Shown here one piece after another: positions 30,280-49,129 of a stretch of DNA of 64,000 bases (positions are counted from its first letter, which is position 1; the number at the start of each line of letters is the position of its first letter). A program made the position numbers and the translations under genes. The DNA comes from the human T2T-CHM13v2.0 reference genome, Homo sapiens. The DNA lies in the NCBI RefSeq assembly GCF_009914755.1, contig NC_060939.1, one strand, 5' to 3'. A model generated the notes under the pieces. That model was given only the letters and a program-made list of their open reading frames with translations, searched no databases and was not told where the DNA came from.

Positions 30280-31370
30280 TACTCAACGTTAAAAAAAAAA
30301 CGCTTCAGTGGGTACCTACTATGTGTAAAGCATAGCACTGGGCACGATGAGAGAACTAGGGTGAACAAGATGAGAAGAGTCCATGATCTCTAATACTAGA
30401 GATAAAATATGAACACTAATAACTGGAATGCAGGTGGAAAAGAGGTACAGATAATTTAGAAGAGACAGAACATTTGGCTAGTGGCAGTGGGGTCTTGTTG
30501 CTTCTGCTTGGTGGATTAAGGAAAGAAGGAAAGAAGGTTAGGGCCTTGGATGCCCAGCTAAGTAGGCTTCTTTTCTTTTTCTTTTAATTTCCCTTCCTTC
30601 TTTTCTTCCTCTCTCCCTCCCTTTCTTCCTCTCTCCCTCCCTTTCTTCCTTCCTAATACTTTACATCCTTAAAAGTTTTAAGTAGAGAACTGAAGACGAT
30701 AAGAACTGCTCTCTGGAGAAATTAATACGGTAGTAGTGAAGTTTGTAGCAATGGGAATTGAGAGACAGAGCCAACAGATGTTTAGGATATAAATCAACAG
30801 GTCCAGGCAACTAACTGTTGTGGGGATCACTAAGAGGGAAGAGTCAAAGGTGACTTGGAGAATGCTGATGTCATTCAAGAACAGGTGCCCAGGAGAGAAA
30901 TAGAAGAAGGTCGGACAGATGATGTGTGGTTCTGGACACAATGAAGTGTTAGTGAAGCCACCTGACAGGCTGTTGGAAATGTGCGACTGAAGCCCTGAGG
31001 AGAGGTCTGGATTGCTGAAGCTATAGATGTGAGACTATTATGCATACAAATGAGCTGATGCCATGAAAGTGGATGAGATCATCAAGGGAGATAGCAAAGG
31101 AGGAGGAAAGAGAAGGGTAAAGGGCAGAACCTTAGGGAATACTTGCATTTAGGATAAGAAAAAGACCCTGATGACGCCATCAAAGAAGGAATCATCAGAG
31201 CAGTAATCTGAGAATCAGCAGACTGTCACAAAGCAAGAAAGAGGCTCAAGAGGGTGTAGGAGGTCACAACAGAAAATGCTACCCAGAGGTCAAAAAGGAT
31301 GGGGCTTGAGAAAAATGCCAGCGAGACATCGAGGAGCATTTTTCACTAGACTTTTGGTGGGATCAGAAAT
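30280..31370 (-). mobile_element. L2 fragments with an internal CT-rich simple repeat (about 30570-30652)
   Basis: gtacctactatgtgtaaagcatagcactggg, gagtcaaaggtgact and gtggatgagatcatcaaggga are L2 motifs. Confidence 0.7.
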
Positions 31371-32130
31371 CAGAGGTTTCAAGTGCAACAGCTAAAGAGG
31401 GAACAAATGGGCTATTCAATTCATATTTGTTGGTGTCCATCTGTCTTTACTGCTTGACTCTTCTTTTTCCTTCCTGAACTCACCATCTGTTCACTTTCAC
31501 TGCTATGTGCAAATTTCTAAAGACCTTCATTTTAAGGATTCAACAGATACTGACAAATATTGACTTAATAAATCTCCCTAAGAAATCCTAGATTCCTAAA
31601 AGGGTGACTGCTTGTTCACATTTTGTTTCTCAAGCAAAGATATCCCAAAGACAAGTGAAATGGACTGCGGATAGAGAGGGCTGACTGTAAGTGCACCACT
31701 GAATAAATGACACTTCCAAAGTCTTCCTGACTATCACAGAGACTCTAAACTTTTCTAAACACTCTGCAGATATTCTTTTGACACATCTAGGCTTTGCAAA
31801 ACCATATACCTAATCACATTTAGTAAGAAGCTTTCTTAGAACTTAAGTGTATTTAGCCATTTCAAGTCTACAGTAGAATACGGCATTAAATGATAAAGTT
31901 CCCCTACCAAATTAAATAAGGGTAACTGTTCTATTCATAGATGAAAGAAAAACATAACAAATTTTGGTATGCCTCTTTCAAAACCGGTCACTAACTTCCC
32001 AAACATCTTCACTGAACAGATACGGTATTGAGAAGTGTTGTGGGTGGCACAAAATTACAGGATATGACTACTAATGTTATGCACCAATCTCAATTAACAG
32101 GGGGTACACTTGCAGGGTACATAAGTATAA

Positions 32131-32508
<378 letters not shown>

Positions 32509-32566
32509 TAAAAAGTAGATTCTCATTATGAAAAGCACACATTGATTTCTGAAAGTCAATTATTTT

Positions 32567-32765
32567 GTCCCAGTACTTTGAGAAGCTGAGGCAGGATGAC
32601 TGCTTGAGGCGAGGAGTTTAAGACCAGCTTGGGCAACATAGCAAGATCCTATCTTTACAAAAACATTTTGAAAAAATTAGCTGGGCGTGGTGGCATGCCC
32701 CCGTCATCTCAGCTACATGGGAGGCTAAGGTGAGAGGCTCACTTGAGCCCAGGAGTTTGAGGTTA
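32567..32765 (+). mobile_element. Partial AluJ
   Basis: Left arm plus part of the right arm. Confidence 0.8.
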
Positions 32766-33267
32766 AGTCCCTAAGTTACAAAAAAGATATATTTCCAAAG
32801 TTCTTCAGTAACTTAGGTACTTAGAAATTCATGAGCATTTTCTCACTGATTCAATGATATTAATAATGATTAGGTCAAATCATGGACTTAACCATGGTGG
32901 TGATTTTTATCCCTAGAGATTGGTATAATATCTTGCACATGGTGTTCTAAAAAGTTGCTGAACAAATGATTGAATGAGTCAACGAATAAAGTGTAGGCCT
33001 ATACTATTCTGAAAGTAATACAAACTATTAATATAAAAATGTTTCCTTTGAAAAATATGTTCTGAATTCCAGCTTGGTTGTAAAGAACAATCTCTCCTAT
33101 GGTTCATTCTCTAATTTTGGTGGTTGAATGAGGACTTCTTTCCCAGCTATGACATTAATTTCATATTAAGTTTCAGTTACCCTCGACATTTTCTTACTTC
33201 CATTGGGGAGGCCCTATAAGGAAAGTTAGAGGAATGAAAGGAAATAGATGATGATGAGGAGGAGTGA

Positions 33268-33518
<251 letters not shown>

Positions 33519-33889
33519 TCTGGAGATACTTTCAAGAGAGACACTCATCAGGGCTGGTTGAACCAATCCTGTCATCATTTGTTCAACATTAGCCTAACTG
33601 GAACAAGGTGAGGACAGAGACTGGCATGAGAGGGGGTCTAGGTCACAGAAGACTGCAGCTGTGATGGGGGGAAAAGCAGTCTGAGGAAAGGAGTCTTTCT
33701 GTGCAAGCTTATCTAAGGCTGGTATTCATCCAAACAAAAGTAGTATAGTAGAGAGGTTAAGTGTAAGGACTCGGGCCAAACTTTCTGGGTTCAAGTCTCA
33801 GCCCCCTACTTTTTAGCTATGAGATGTCAGACTAGGTACTTAACCTCTCTATATCCCATTAAAATGGGTATAATAAGAATATCTACCTC

Positions 33890-34195
33890 GGCTGGGTGTG
33901 GTAGCTCACGCCTGTAATCCCAACATTTTGGGAGGCCGAGGCGGGAAGATTGCCTGAGGTCAGGAGTTCGAGACCAGCCTGGCCAACATGGTGAAATCCC
34001 ATCTCTACTAAAAATACAAAAATTAGCCGGGTGTGGTGGCAGGCGCCTGTAATCCCAGCTACTCAGGAGGCTGACGCAGGAGAATCGCTTGAACCCAGGA
34101 GATGGAGGTTGCCTTGAGCCAAGATTGCGCCAATGCACTCCAGCCTGGGTGACAAGAGCGAGACTTCGTCTCAAAAAAAAGAAAAAAGAAAAAAA
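33890..34195 (+). mobile_element. AluS inserted in a MIR (about 33740-34260)
   Basis: TSD aagaata(t/c)ctacctc; MIR core on both sides. Confidence 0.93.
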
Positions 34196-34574
34196 AAGAA
34201 TACCTACCTCAAGAGTTGTTAGGAGGATTAAATAATTTAACAGTATCTGAGATACCCTGAAAGCTATATGAGCATTAACTAAACGAGCACATCAGGCATG
34301 TGTAAGTTGCTGATTACATGTTATGTCAATTATAAACTTAGTTAACTTTTAAAACTATAGGTTTCCTAGGGATGAAAGCACAAGAGGAAATTAAGGTGGG
34401 TATGGTTTATTAAATATCAGTAAAAACCATAGTACTATCTTCAATCATATGTGATCCCTGTTTTTCACCCCAAAAGAAAAGAAAAAAACTATGCCTAACC
34501 TTGTGCCAAATCACCACTTAGGACTAGGAATTTTTAAATGGTACCATGAGACCCAAGCAAGCCTTACTGAAACT

Positions 34575-34876
34575 TTTTTTTTTTTTTCAAGACAGGGTCT
34601 CACTCTGTTGCCTAGGCTGGAGTATAACAGTGTGATCATAACTCACTGCAGCCTTGAATTCCTGGGCTCAAGTGATCCTCCTGCCTCAGCTTCTTGAGTA
34701 GCTAGGACTACAGGCAAGCACCACCATGCCTGGCTACATTTTTACCTTTTGGTTTTTACAGAGCTGGGGTCTCATTATGTTGCCCAGATGGGTCTCAAAC
34801 TCCTGGTCTCAAGTAACTCCTCTGTCTTGGCCTCCCAAAGTGCTGGAATTATAGGTGTGGGCAACCGTGCCTGGCC
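34575..34876 (-). mobile_element. AluJ
   Basis: Full diverged Alu. Confidence 0.9.
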
Positions 34877-35766
34877 CTGAAGGTATTTTAATAGTGCATT
34901 TTCTTCTAATAATGAGAAGAATATAAAATATATCTTCTTTTTTGACAGTGTTGCTCTAAGAAAAACTATTCAAAATGGACTCTATTTAAGAGTACAACTC
35001 ATTTCACTAAGTGAAATAAGGTCATTCTTTTTAATTTCAGAAAAGTCTGTGTCCAAACAAATGTCCTTTGGACCCTTAGTACAGAAATTGCAATAATTTT
35101 TGAGACAAAAACTTCAGGGTTGGGCTGCCAAGTCCACATGCTTTCTTTCATGGTTTGCCAGCACAAAGAGTTACTAGGGGAAAATGTTCATTAAATGAGA
35201 AAGGTTACGTCATACTGAAGGACTATGCACTTACAGATAGATGGCTTGCCTTTGCCCAGTATTCAAGGATCAGAGTAGCTGTCGTTTTTTCCTTTACTGC
35301 AGAATTATTATTTTAAGTAAATGAAAGGTTGATTTATATCTGCATTACATTTATCATCTTGCTAGAGTACAGAGTAAGGTTCAGAATACAATATTCAGAT
35401 ACAGGGAGTGCCTAGATGTGGAGAAGTTCCCGGTTTACAGATAATCTCCAACAGAAAAAGACTAACACCTTGCCTTCCCACCAGTTCATAGGACCCAAAG
35501 AAGCATTATCTCTTGCTTCAAAACCCAGCCACTTATCAGTTATGCAAATGAACCTCCTGGTTCTCTCATCCTCTACAGAGCAATCTAATTAAACAGCAAC
35601 ATCTGCAAACCCAGAATGCTGACAAAATGTGGCAGATCTGGTCAGAAAAGAAAAAACCTACCAAAACTACCCATAATATTTGACCAAGAGAACTGAGCAA
35701 TCTAGTGGGAATTATACCACTGAAGTGTTTTACTAAGAAACCATCAGAGTCCTTATAAGGTAGTTA

Positions 35767-36201
<435 letters not shown>

Positions 36202-36274
36202 CTACTACAATTTTATAAATAGAGTGGCCTTGGATAATAAGAGATAATAATAATAACTGTTGTAGTTCACATAA

Positions 36275-36492
36275 TTTTTTTTTTTTTTGAGACAGGGTCT
36301 CACTCGGTTTTGCAGGTTGGAATGCAGTGATAAGCCTCCCGAGTAGCTAGGACTACAGGTGCTTGCCACCACACTGGGCTAATTTTTTGTAGAAACAGGT
36401 TTTTACCATGTTGCAGGCTTGTCTTGAACTCCTGGGCTCAAGTGATCTGCCCACCTCAGCCTCCCAAAGTGCTGAGATTAAAAGCATGAACT
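36275..36492 (-). mobile_element. AluJ, internally deleted, with its 5' tip displaced to 36801-36814
   Basis: The Alu 5' end is split by the AluY at 36493. Confidence 0.85.
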
Positions 36493-36889
<397 letters not shown>

Positions 36890-37036
36890 TTATTTTTTAT
36901 TATTGTGATTACATTTAACTATTTATTTAGTACATTAGTCACTATGGATTTTAAACACAGTACACTGTGTACACTGATAAATCAGTTGCCATGTATTGAG
37001 CTGATTTTGGGCAAGTCATTGATCTAATAGCATTAA

Positions 37037-37344
<308 letters not shown>

Positions 37345-38331
37345 AAACATGGCTTTCAAACCCTGCTGCAGTCCCACTGCACAAGAGCTAATTTTTTATA
37401 TTAGCCTAAGTCCCACTGCCTAGGAAAGGCTAAATGTTTATCCATTTTTGCTTATAAGGAAAGAGAAAATGGAACTCTGCACATCTATATTAGCATTTAA
37501 ATCAATATTTTATCTGAGAATATGTTAGGCAGCAGGATTATTTAAGTTAATGTTATCTACTTGAAATATTTGTTCAAAGCACAGGCTGGCATCAAAGTAT
37601 TTAATATGGTTTAGATCAAGGGATTAGACTGTGACTTAATGCAAATAAACTTCAAAAAGCACTTTTGACGAAAGTTAATATAAATGGAATACATAAACAT
37701 AAACTATCATTCTTCCTCAAAGGAACAGTTAAGCAGTATACACCAATCTGTTTGTTTCATGCCTCAGTGGGATTTAGGTATTCTAAAAAGGGAGGGGTAA
37801 CTCCTTTAGTAAAGTGTCGAGCTACTCTTAATGGCTGTCTGCATAAAGTGATGAGAAAAATTTGATTAAGTTTGGGCATGTGAGTAATTAATTCTCAGCA
37901 AGGAAATCTGATAGGGGCCTTTGCAAATAGAACACTGAAAAAAAGTATCACTTTGGGGGCATAATCATTAAAAATGTCCTGTCACTAAGTTCTCAATCTA
38001 TTCACTTGTTTAATTCTCAGTCCACAGACACAGGTCTGTGGCTGCACCCCTAAGAATTCTAGTCTGACTCAAGGAGTGAGACAAAGTGTACAGGGCAGGA
38101 GGAGAAAGCCCTGGCTTCCATGGCCCTAATCCTTTCTTTTTCCATTCTTCTTTATCATCTGGTCAAATAGAGACTTTTGCCCTGTAAATCCCAAGCCAGC
38201 ACTGTCTCCTTGTCCTCCATGTTTTGGTCTTACTGACCTAGGCAGTTTATTTCCAGAGAAATAATTTTTGGCATATTAAAATAGCTAAGAGGGAGAGAGA
38301 TGGCTAACAGTCGATGTGGGTATACATTTCT

Positions 38332-38629
38332 TTTCTTTTCTTTTTTTTTTAGATAGAGTCTCACTCTGTCACCCAGGCTGGAGTGCAGTGGCTGATCTCA
38401 GTTCACTGAAACCTCTGCCTCCTGGGTTCAAGCGATTCTCCTGCCCTAGCCTCCCAAGTAGCTGGGACTATAGGCATACACCACTACATCCGGCTAATTT
38501 TTGTATTTTTAGTAGAGACGGAGTTTTGCCATGTTAGCCAGACTGGTCTTGAACTCCTGACCTCGGTGATCCACCCACTTCGGCCTCCAAAAGTTCTGGG
38601 ATTACAGATGTGAGCCATCATGCCTGGCT
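38332..38629 (-). mobile_element. AluS
   Basis: 19-bp TSD gatgtggg(t/c)ata(c/t)atttct at 38313-38331 and 38630-38648. Confidence 0.95.
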
Positions 38630-38890
38630 GATGTGGGCATATATTTCTAATGCATTTATGATTGCCTGTTTTCTGCAGACCATATTTCACCCAATTTTGT
38701 AAATCCTAGAGTTTATATTTTTATTAGCACAGCTAGTACATACAGTGACTATCTATTAAATGCTTACTGATGATGATCTAACACCATCATCCAAGATGCC
38801 CTGGAAAATAATATCAAAGAAGGGTTTTTAATAATCAGAAAGGCTAGTCAAAATATCTTTGGCATCCTGTTAAAAAAAAAAAAAGAAAGG

Positions 38891-39240
<350 letters not shown>

Positions 39241-39572
39241 CAAGCACTAAAATCCTTGGCACGGTGTCTAATACCAAACATTTCCCACTTAATTTTTCTG
39301 TTCTCTAAATGTTGTATTTGTTATCATTATGAGCAGATATGCATCTTTTGAGTGCAAGAAATCTATTTCTGTAATATTTTCCAGAACACCTAGCACTGAA
39401 CCAGGCAAATGAGACTGCAAAATATTTATTTATAAAGAAATAAAATAAATATATGTTTTCTTTGAATGAAACAAATTATCTATATACGAATCCTTATCTC
39501 TATTAGAGTCCTTTAACCAACCAACATATGAGGTAAATACATTCAGTATATGGTATGATATCATATCATATC

Positions 39573-39649
39573 TTTTTTTTTTCTTTTTCTGAGACAGGGT
39601 TTTGCTCTGTTGCCCAGGTTGGAGTGCAGTGGTGCGATCTTGGCTCACC
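39573..39649 (-). mobile_element. Severely 5'-truncated Alu
   Basis: About 60 nt of the Alu 3' end plus T tail; possible TSD atatcatatcatatct/atttcataatatatct. Confidence 0.8.
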
Positions 39650-40442
39650 ATTTCATAATATATCTTAATAAGACCACTTTACATCTGCTTAATGCTGCTT
39701 GTTCATAAAGTGGTTTCAGCTTTGTTATCACGTTTGCTCTTCCCTCACCCCAGTATTGTAGCAGCATAGGTCTGTTGTCCTCAATTTACAGATGAGAAAT
39801 TGAGACACTGAGAAGTTATACATCTTCATTTGTTCAACAGCTAGGCACTTTTCTAGGTGCCAGATTTACAGTGATGAACAAGACAGAGTTCCTGCTCCTA
39901 GGATGCTTACTCAGTAGTGTGTTTGTAAATTTTTAAAAACTAGCTCCTCAAATGTGGGTCACCATGAATGTATGAATTAGTATATTTTTTAACAACTAAG
40001 ACAAAAGTAAAGCAAAAAACTGTACGTTGGAGCTTTATTAATTTATTAATCATATGAGTGACTTCTTTGCTAAATCAATGAATAATTTTCCCATACTGGA
40101 AGAATATTTCTCAATCTTTTGTGCTATTCACAAGTAATAGCTATAGAGAATGAATTATTAACATTTTCTTCATCACTTTCTTGAGTCTAGACAATCAACA
40201 AAACAATAAATCAAGCCCTGATTTGTAGTGTTTGTTGATTTCAGTGGTGTAAGTACTTCTATCACAGGTAATTTCAAGCTATCAACATGAAACCACTGAA
40301 CTCAGAGTTGGCGAAAAAATGCAGTGGTACACCATTACATAAGATTTCCATCATTTAGATATAATAGATACAAATATCTCAAGAGAATAGATAACCATAA
40401 AATGATTAGCTTTGTGTATTTATTTTGTTTTTAATATAACTT

Positions 40443-40716
<274 letters not shown>

Positions 40717-40799
40717 TATACATATATATGTAAGTTTTTAGTTCATATAGTTTAATTTTTAATAATTTCTGTGCCTTAAAACCAGCTCATAAAAGGTAA

Positions 40800-42100
<1,301 letters not shown>

Positions 42101-43699
42101 TCATGAGATTGCCAAAAATTTAACAATCGTATTTTGTGGGCCAGGATAGGCTGGTTCCAGGATTCCAGTGAGCTTACTTTCCTTCTAATGGAGAGGAAGA
42201 AAGAGACTTGCTCAGGGACACATGTGAAATGGAAGAGCCAGCCCTGACTCTAGACCATCTGAGTAGTCTAGCACTATTTCCACAGCTGCATACCGTTTTT
42301 CATATAGTCAAGTAACTATCAGATTAATGTTACAAAGTTTTGGGTTATATGCATTTGTTACAGAATGGCTTCAGGTAGATCAGAAAAATGACCCTGGAGG
42401 TTAAGAACATGGTGATTTGGAAAAAAGCAATGGGGCAAATTTGAAGGAGAAGAAATGTTGGGGAGAGGAGTGAGAGGAGCTCAGAGGTCCAGTAGCTTAT
42501 CTGTTAGATATGTATTTATGCAAAAATAGGGGCAAGGGGACACAAAAAGCCCCAGTCTTTGGGCCACACCAGTTATGTACACTCCTGGGTTGAGGTCAGG
42601 GGTCTACAAGAGACGTTCTTGCCCCTGAAATGTAGTTACCATCTAGATGATACCTGAAGACACTCCCATTTCCCCTCAATTTCCCCAGGTCCCCCAGTAT
42701 CTCCCCATCTGGAGGTTGTTACAGGAATTGCTTGCAAATGAGGCAGTGAGAGTTATAACCTGACATAGGAGTCCTAAGCTATAATGTTGAAATAACATTT
42801 TACTCAGAGGAAATGACATGTACAAAGGCTCAGAGGCCAGACAAGTAAGCCAAGGGGCTGTGGACAGAAAACAGGGAGGTGGCAATAGGCAGAACATTAC
42901 AAAGCACCTTGAGCTTAATAATACGGAACTTTCTTTGTGGGAAAGAGCCTGTTTTAGTACAAAACCTTTTCATTTATTTCTTTTAAAGAAATAAGCTCCT
43001 CTCAACTTAAACGTCTAGACTTAAAAACTGTAGAGTGTATTTTTAAAGCCTCTTTTAAAGTAAATTGGACTTGTTTGCAGTCCATACACATTCCCACCAG
43101 TGATCCTCCAGTAGTCTAAAAACAAAATTACAAGAATTGGCAAACACTAAAGTCTTCAGTAATATAAAATTTACAGTATTTGAATGTCACTTTTTACTAT
43201 ATTAAAATGGATCATTTTAAAGCTCAGGTTATTAACTGATTATAAATTATGGAACATTAATGCTTTCAGGACACAAGGGCAGTACTTTGTGAATTTCTGA
43301 GAATCAGCATGATATCAAGAAAGAAGATAACCTTTCTTTACCTTCCTAGGTCTCGTTTTCCATATCTAGTGGCTGGCCTAACAAGACCTGCCTTGCAAGG
43401 TTGTTGGATGTGAAGGATATGAAGTATATGTAGCACCTAGCAATAAATAAGCACTCAGTAAATTGTGACTGCTATTACCATTGTGAACATAAATGAAATT
43501 TTAATTCAATAAACATTTGTTAAGTGTTACAATGTACAGTTGGAATCTAGGTTTCTTTCATCTTTTGTTTTACATTATTAATATTTTAATCATAGAGAAA
43601 AGTACAGAAAATAAACACCAGATGTGTGGCAGATCATTTGTTTTAACTCCCTATGATTTTTTTTTTTATGATTTTCGACTGTATGAAAATATCACAATT

Positions 43700-44200
43700 T
43701 GTCCATCCCCCTCATAATATTGGCACTAAACATGTCTCCTGGGAGAATTTCTTTAAGATATATATTAAGAAGTGGAATTGCTGAGTCACAGGGTATGATA
43801 ACCTTCACAACACCAGAGTGTTCTCCAGAGTGGCATATCATTTTCTTTTGTACCTAGCATTGTGCATTTTAGGTGCATTCTCATTTAGCAAAACTACATG
43901 TCAGGCATTTTAATTTTTGCCAACATTACAGGTTTGAAATGGTATCTCATCTTTTAACTTATATTTCCCTAATTGCTAATAAAGTTATCATTTCATACGT
44001 TTTTTCCTATTACAGGTTACCCTTAAGTAAACTTCCTGTTCATTTCTTTTGATCATTTCTTAAATTGGGGAATTGGTTCATTTTTTAAAAATTGATTTGT
44101 GGAATTTTAAAAACATATTCTGGCTCTGAATTCTTTGCCAGTAAAATAAAATACGAATATCTTCTCAAAGTCTGTTATTTTTATCTTTGTTTATAGTAAG
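43700..44200 (-). mobile_element. Old L1ME-like fragment
   Basis: agaagtggaattgctgagtca and gaaatggtatctcat motifs. Confidence 0.6.
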
Positions 44201-44369
44201 CATGGGTTTTCTCATCCATAAAATGTAAATAAAAACATCTACTTCATGTGATAAAATACCTGAAAGCTCTTAGTCAAGTGTCAGGCACAGATTATACATT
44301 CAGTAAAAGTGAGTTTCCTCCATTTGCCCTCAACCTACATCCTCACTCAATTCATAAGTGAGTAATAGG

Positions 44370-44600
44370 GGAATGGTTTATAGGTATGAGATCTGGAGAG
44401 TAACAGATTTGCTTTTAAATCTCAACTTTACCAAACTAGCTGTATGAATTTGGCCCACCTAGCTCAAGCTCTTTCAGCCTCAACTTCCTCATTTGTAGAA
44501 GTGGGGTAGTAATACTTAACTCACAGTGGTATTGTGAGGAATAGAGTTTAATCCAGTGGCTGGCCAACAGAAAGTTCTCAACATATGGTAGCTGCTACCA
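44370..44600 (+). mobile_element. MIR
   Basis: agcctcaacttcctcatttgtagaagtggggtagtaatacttaactcacagtggtattgtgagga core. Confidence 0.7.
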
Positions 44601-45412
44601 CCATCACCATTATTAGGGGGGATACAAATATATACAAATAACTATAATATAGAACAAAATATCATTAAAACTCCCTATGAAAAAAATAATTAAATGCTAT
44701 TGGAATGTAGACATGGGAAGAGGTAACGTCTAGCTAGGGGTTAAGAGAGAGTGAATGGAGGCTTCATAGAGGAAATGCCATTTAAATGGACATTAAAGGA
44801 AGTTAGATATTGATAAGAAGGATATTCTAGCAAACAAAAGAGATGCATGGGAGAATGTACACACACACATATATATACACACACACAAATATATGTAATT
44901 ATATGTATTATATCTAATATCTTATACATCTATGCAGTCTGCCAAAGTATAGGAACAACTGAGTAAGTCAACATCAGAAGCAAGTCTTCATTTTTCAGGT
45001 TATTAGGGTACTCTATGCATTAAATGGTAACTCATAATTTAATTAGTATTCTAAGTATAAATGTGAAATGCTGTTGACTTTGGAATAAAATTTGGTACAG
45101 TAGGATCTGTGGAAGAATTAGAGCTGGGAGTGTTAAGAAAATAGGGAGTATTAAATATGAATAGTATACAGAAAGCCAACAGATATGGATGCCCACTGAA
45201 TGACAGGTGAGGAGCCTACCACTCTTGAGAGCCAGGCTTGGTGGCTGCTCACTTACCGCCTTTCTGGGAATCAGCAACATATGATTTTCTTTGTTAAACA
45301 GGATAAGTTCTGAAACCTGATCCAGGAAAATCACACCTTTTCTCATTCACTTTACTTATACAGGCTCTGGCAATTATGGTCAGCCTAATTTCCTTCCACC
45401 CTCCTTAATTCC

Positions 45413-45717
45413 TTTTTTTGGTGGGGCAGGGTGGGGCAGAGTCTCACTCTGTCACCCAGGCTAGAGTGCAGTGGCACCATCTCAGCTCTCTGCAACATCT
45501 GCCTCCTGGGTTCAAGTGATTCTCGTGTCTCAGCCTCCTGAGTAGCTGGGACTACAGGCATGTACCACCAAGCCTGGCTCATTGTTTTTGTATTTTTGGT
45601 AGAGACAGGGTTTCGCCATGTTGGCCAGGCTGGTCTCAAACTGCTGACCTCAAGTGATCCACCCGCCTTGGCCTCCCAAAGTGCTGGGATTGCAGGCATG
45701 AACCCCCACGTCTGGCC
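45413..45717 (-). mobile_element. AluS
   Basis: Full Alu. Confidence 0.93.
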
Positions 45718-46849
45718 TCTCTCTTTCTTGATAGAAACAAATTTCATTCAGTATGTTTTGTCTTAAGCAAAAAGTTCCACTCATTACCCTCTTCTGTCAT
45801 ACCTATTCTACGATTTAAAATAGCATTTGACTGTATTAAAATACACTAGATTAACTATTACTGTATTTCTCATGTTCTATCTAGTTTTTTTCCCTTTCCA
45901 CATTTATAGCACATGAACAATTACTTTAAAAGTGATTTGGCCCTACATTGTTGCTTTTCTTCACAGCTTATTATTTATTTACTCAAGAGAACTGAACTAC
46001 GAATCTGTTATCAGATTCAGTTGCAAGCCCTGTCTATCACAATAAAGTATCCGAAGTTAGGACTATTATTTTTTCTTAGCAAACCCAAGGTTTGAGCATG
46101 ATGAAATGATTTTTCTCAAACAGAAAATGGTGGGCAGTTCTATATACAAACCAGAAATATATCAGCAGGGAAATTCCAACCACTCAAATCCAGAGGAATC
46201 CTAAGCATTTCTAAAGGAAAAAGCTACTATATTTTTCTTTTTCCAAAATTTATTCTGCTCATGGTGATTACCATGTGTGCACAGATTAGCTAAAATGATC
46301 ACTGTGGGATCAACAGTTCTTTCTTCATTGTCTACCAGTTCTTTTGCTTGCCTCTGGCGTAAGTAAATAAACAGGTGTATTCACCACTAAATAAATCTTA
46401 CATGTTTACAAATTCCTAAAATACAATGCAATAAAAAATAGCAAGAAGAATCTGTGGTGTTTGTTGGAATCTGAGCTATATCGCTTGCATCCACACAAAT
46501 AAAGACAGAAAGGATCCCATGGTTGTTCACAAACTGTGGACAATGACCCTGGGATCACAACCCAGAATTAACCCACCACTGAATAGGGTTAGTACCTTCT
46601 TCTCTATATTACGTCTCTATAACAATGTCACAATCTTAAAATAAGACTTTCTATCCTTTAATTACTAATTTTCACCTGGATATGCTGTATGCATAGCATT
46701 TATTTCCATAACGATGGTCACTTCTTTCTCCAGAGCAAAAAACAAACACAACAACAACAAAAACAAAAAAAACCCAAAAAAACTAGAGGTTAGAATATTT
46801 TCCATATTTAGTTCCTCTTGTTATGTAACATGGAATATTTGGAAAGAAT

Positions 46850-47560
<711 letters not shown>

Positions 47561-48990
47561 GACATGCAGGAAAACAGTAGTTTATAAGCGAAAAGTCATC
47601 TTAAAGACTTTTCCAAAATACTTTTTCTCCCTTTTCTATATCAACCAACATGCCCATACAAAAGGGAGTGTAGAGGAGATATTCCATCCAACTATAACTG
47701 CCATGCTAGGTCTATGGCAAGAGAAGGATATAATGTAGGAAAAAGTCCTTCCAGACTTCCAGACTATGCGAGATGGAAGTGCAGCAAAGCAACACTGATT
47801 TCCTCAGCCTGGAGATAAATCAGTTTGTTAAATAAGTGAGGATAAAATCAAAGGCCAAGTGCCCACTCCTTCTTCATGTTTGGGAGTCTAGAGAAGATCA
47901 ACTCTCAGGCAGCCTCCACCACAACATGGTGCACAGAAACAGTGACTCAGCGTTGTAGCAGGTCTGGTAGAGAAGTGTCTGAGGTTCAGGTTTCCTGAGC
48001 CCCCATAGTTCCCATAAGGCACAGATACTGAGAGATTATAAGAGGATGAACTGGATGGCAGACACACCAGAGGCTCAGGGGGGTGCAACCAGAAGTCAGG
48101 GGGAGGCCCAGGTAGCCAGAGTGCTACTGGGTTCTGAGCAAGCAGCCTACAGCCACATATTTCAGCCCTAAATGACAGCAGAACAAGCAGCACTAAAGTG
48201 GATGAGGGACCTTGCCCCTGAGACCAGGAGACACCTATGGCCATCATTTATGACACTACCCCAAGGGACTGTCTGAATTACTGGATCAGTTTAAGCTTTA
48301 AACTAGACTGGATATTTAGGTAATTTTTCTCTCCTGGTCTCAGGATAAAGGCTGTAAAGACACTGACAAAGAAGTGACATTTTCTCTGAGGAAGGCTCAA
48401 AGAAATAGACTAAACCATTTCTATTTTATTTACCACTACATCCACTGCTTTAACAGTGCCTGACATAAGTAGGTATTCAACAAATATTTGCCAAATGAAG
48501 GAATGAATAAGAGGCCATAGTGAGAGGAAACTGATCAACTAGCAAAGCTATGATAGAAATACCAGGCAGGCTGAATTGAAAAAACAATGCCAGTTCCATT
48601 TTGGCACCAAGCCAAAAAAGTCCCCACTTCACTCCTAAAACAAGTTTGTAACCTTTATGGAATGGCTCCTGCCACCATATTTAACTTACATTTGGTTCAC
48701 TGTTTAAAGCCCTTCGGATAACACTGCTGCATCCTTTTGCTTCAAGGAAAAAAAAAAAAACCAGAACCACAAATAGCTGTGCAGGATTTCGACCTTGCAG
48801 TCACAATAAGAAAGCAGCAATAGGAACCAGAATGGGTGATGTCTGAACCAATAAACTAACTCTGGTGTTTAGCAGCAACTTTATTTTACCTGCCCCAGGA
48901 TAATTTCAGTGTTAAAGCTATTAAACCTATAGGTATTCTAGTGGCTAGGATTAGTAAACAGAACATAACAGGGAACAGTACAGAGAAAAT

Positions 48991-49097
48991 ATGGTAACTA
49001 AAATACAAGCTTATACAGGATTGAGGTGGAGACACAGGCTGACATATGCTGACATGGTAACTAAAACACAAGGCTATATAGGATTGAGGTGCAGACA
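48991..49097. repeat. 44-bp direct duplication with a 19-bp spacer
   Basis: 48991-49034 versus 49054-49097: 39/44 identical by manual alignment. Confidence 0.9.
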
Positions 49098-49129
49098 TAT
49101 TCAATCACTGTACTTTCCACAGTAAATTT

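Noticed and set aside
45245-45320. Strong minus-strand donor GCG/GTAAGT at 45256
   Set aside because: No good upstream polypyrimidine acceptor and no recognisable coding content; isolated donors are expected by chance.
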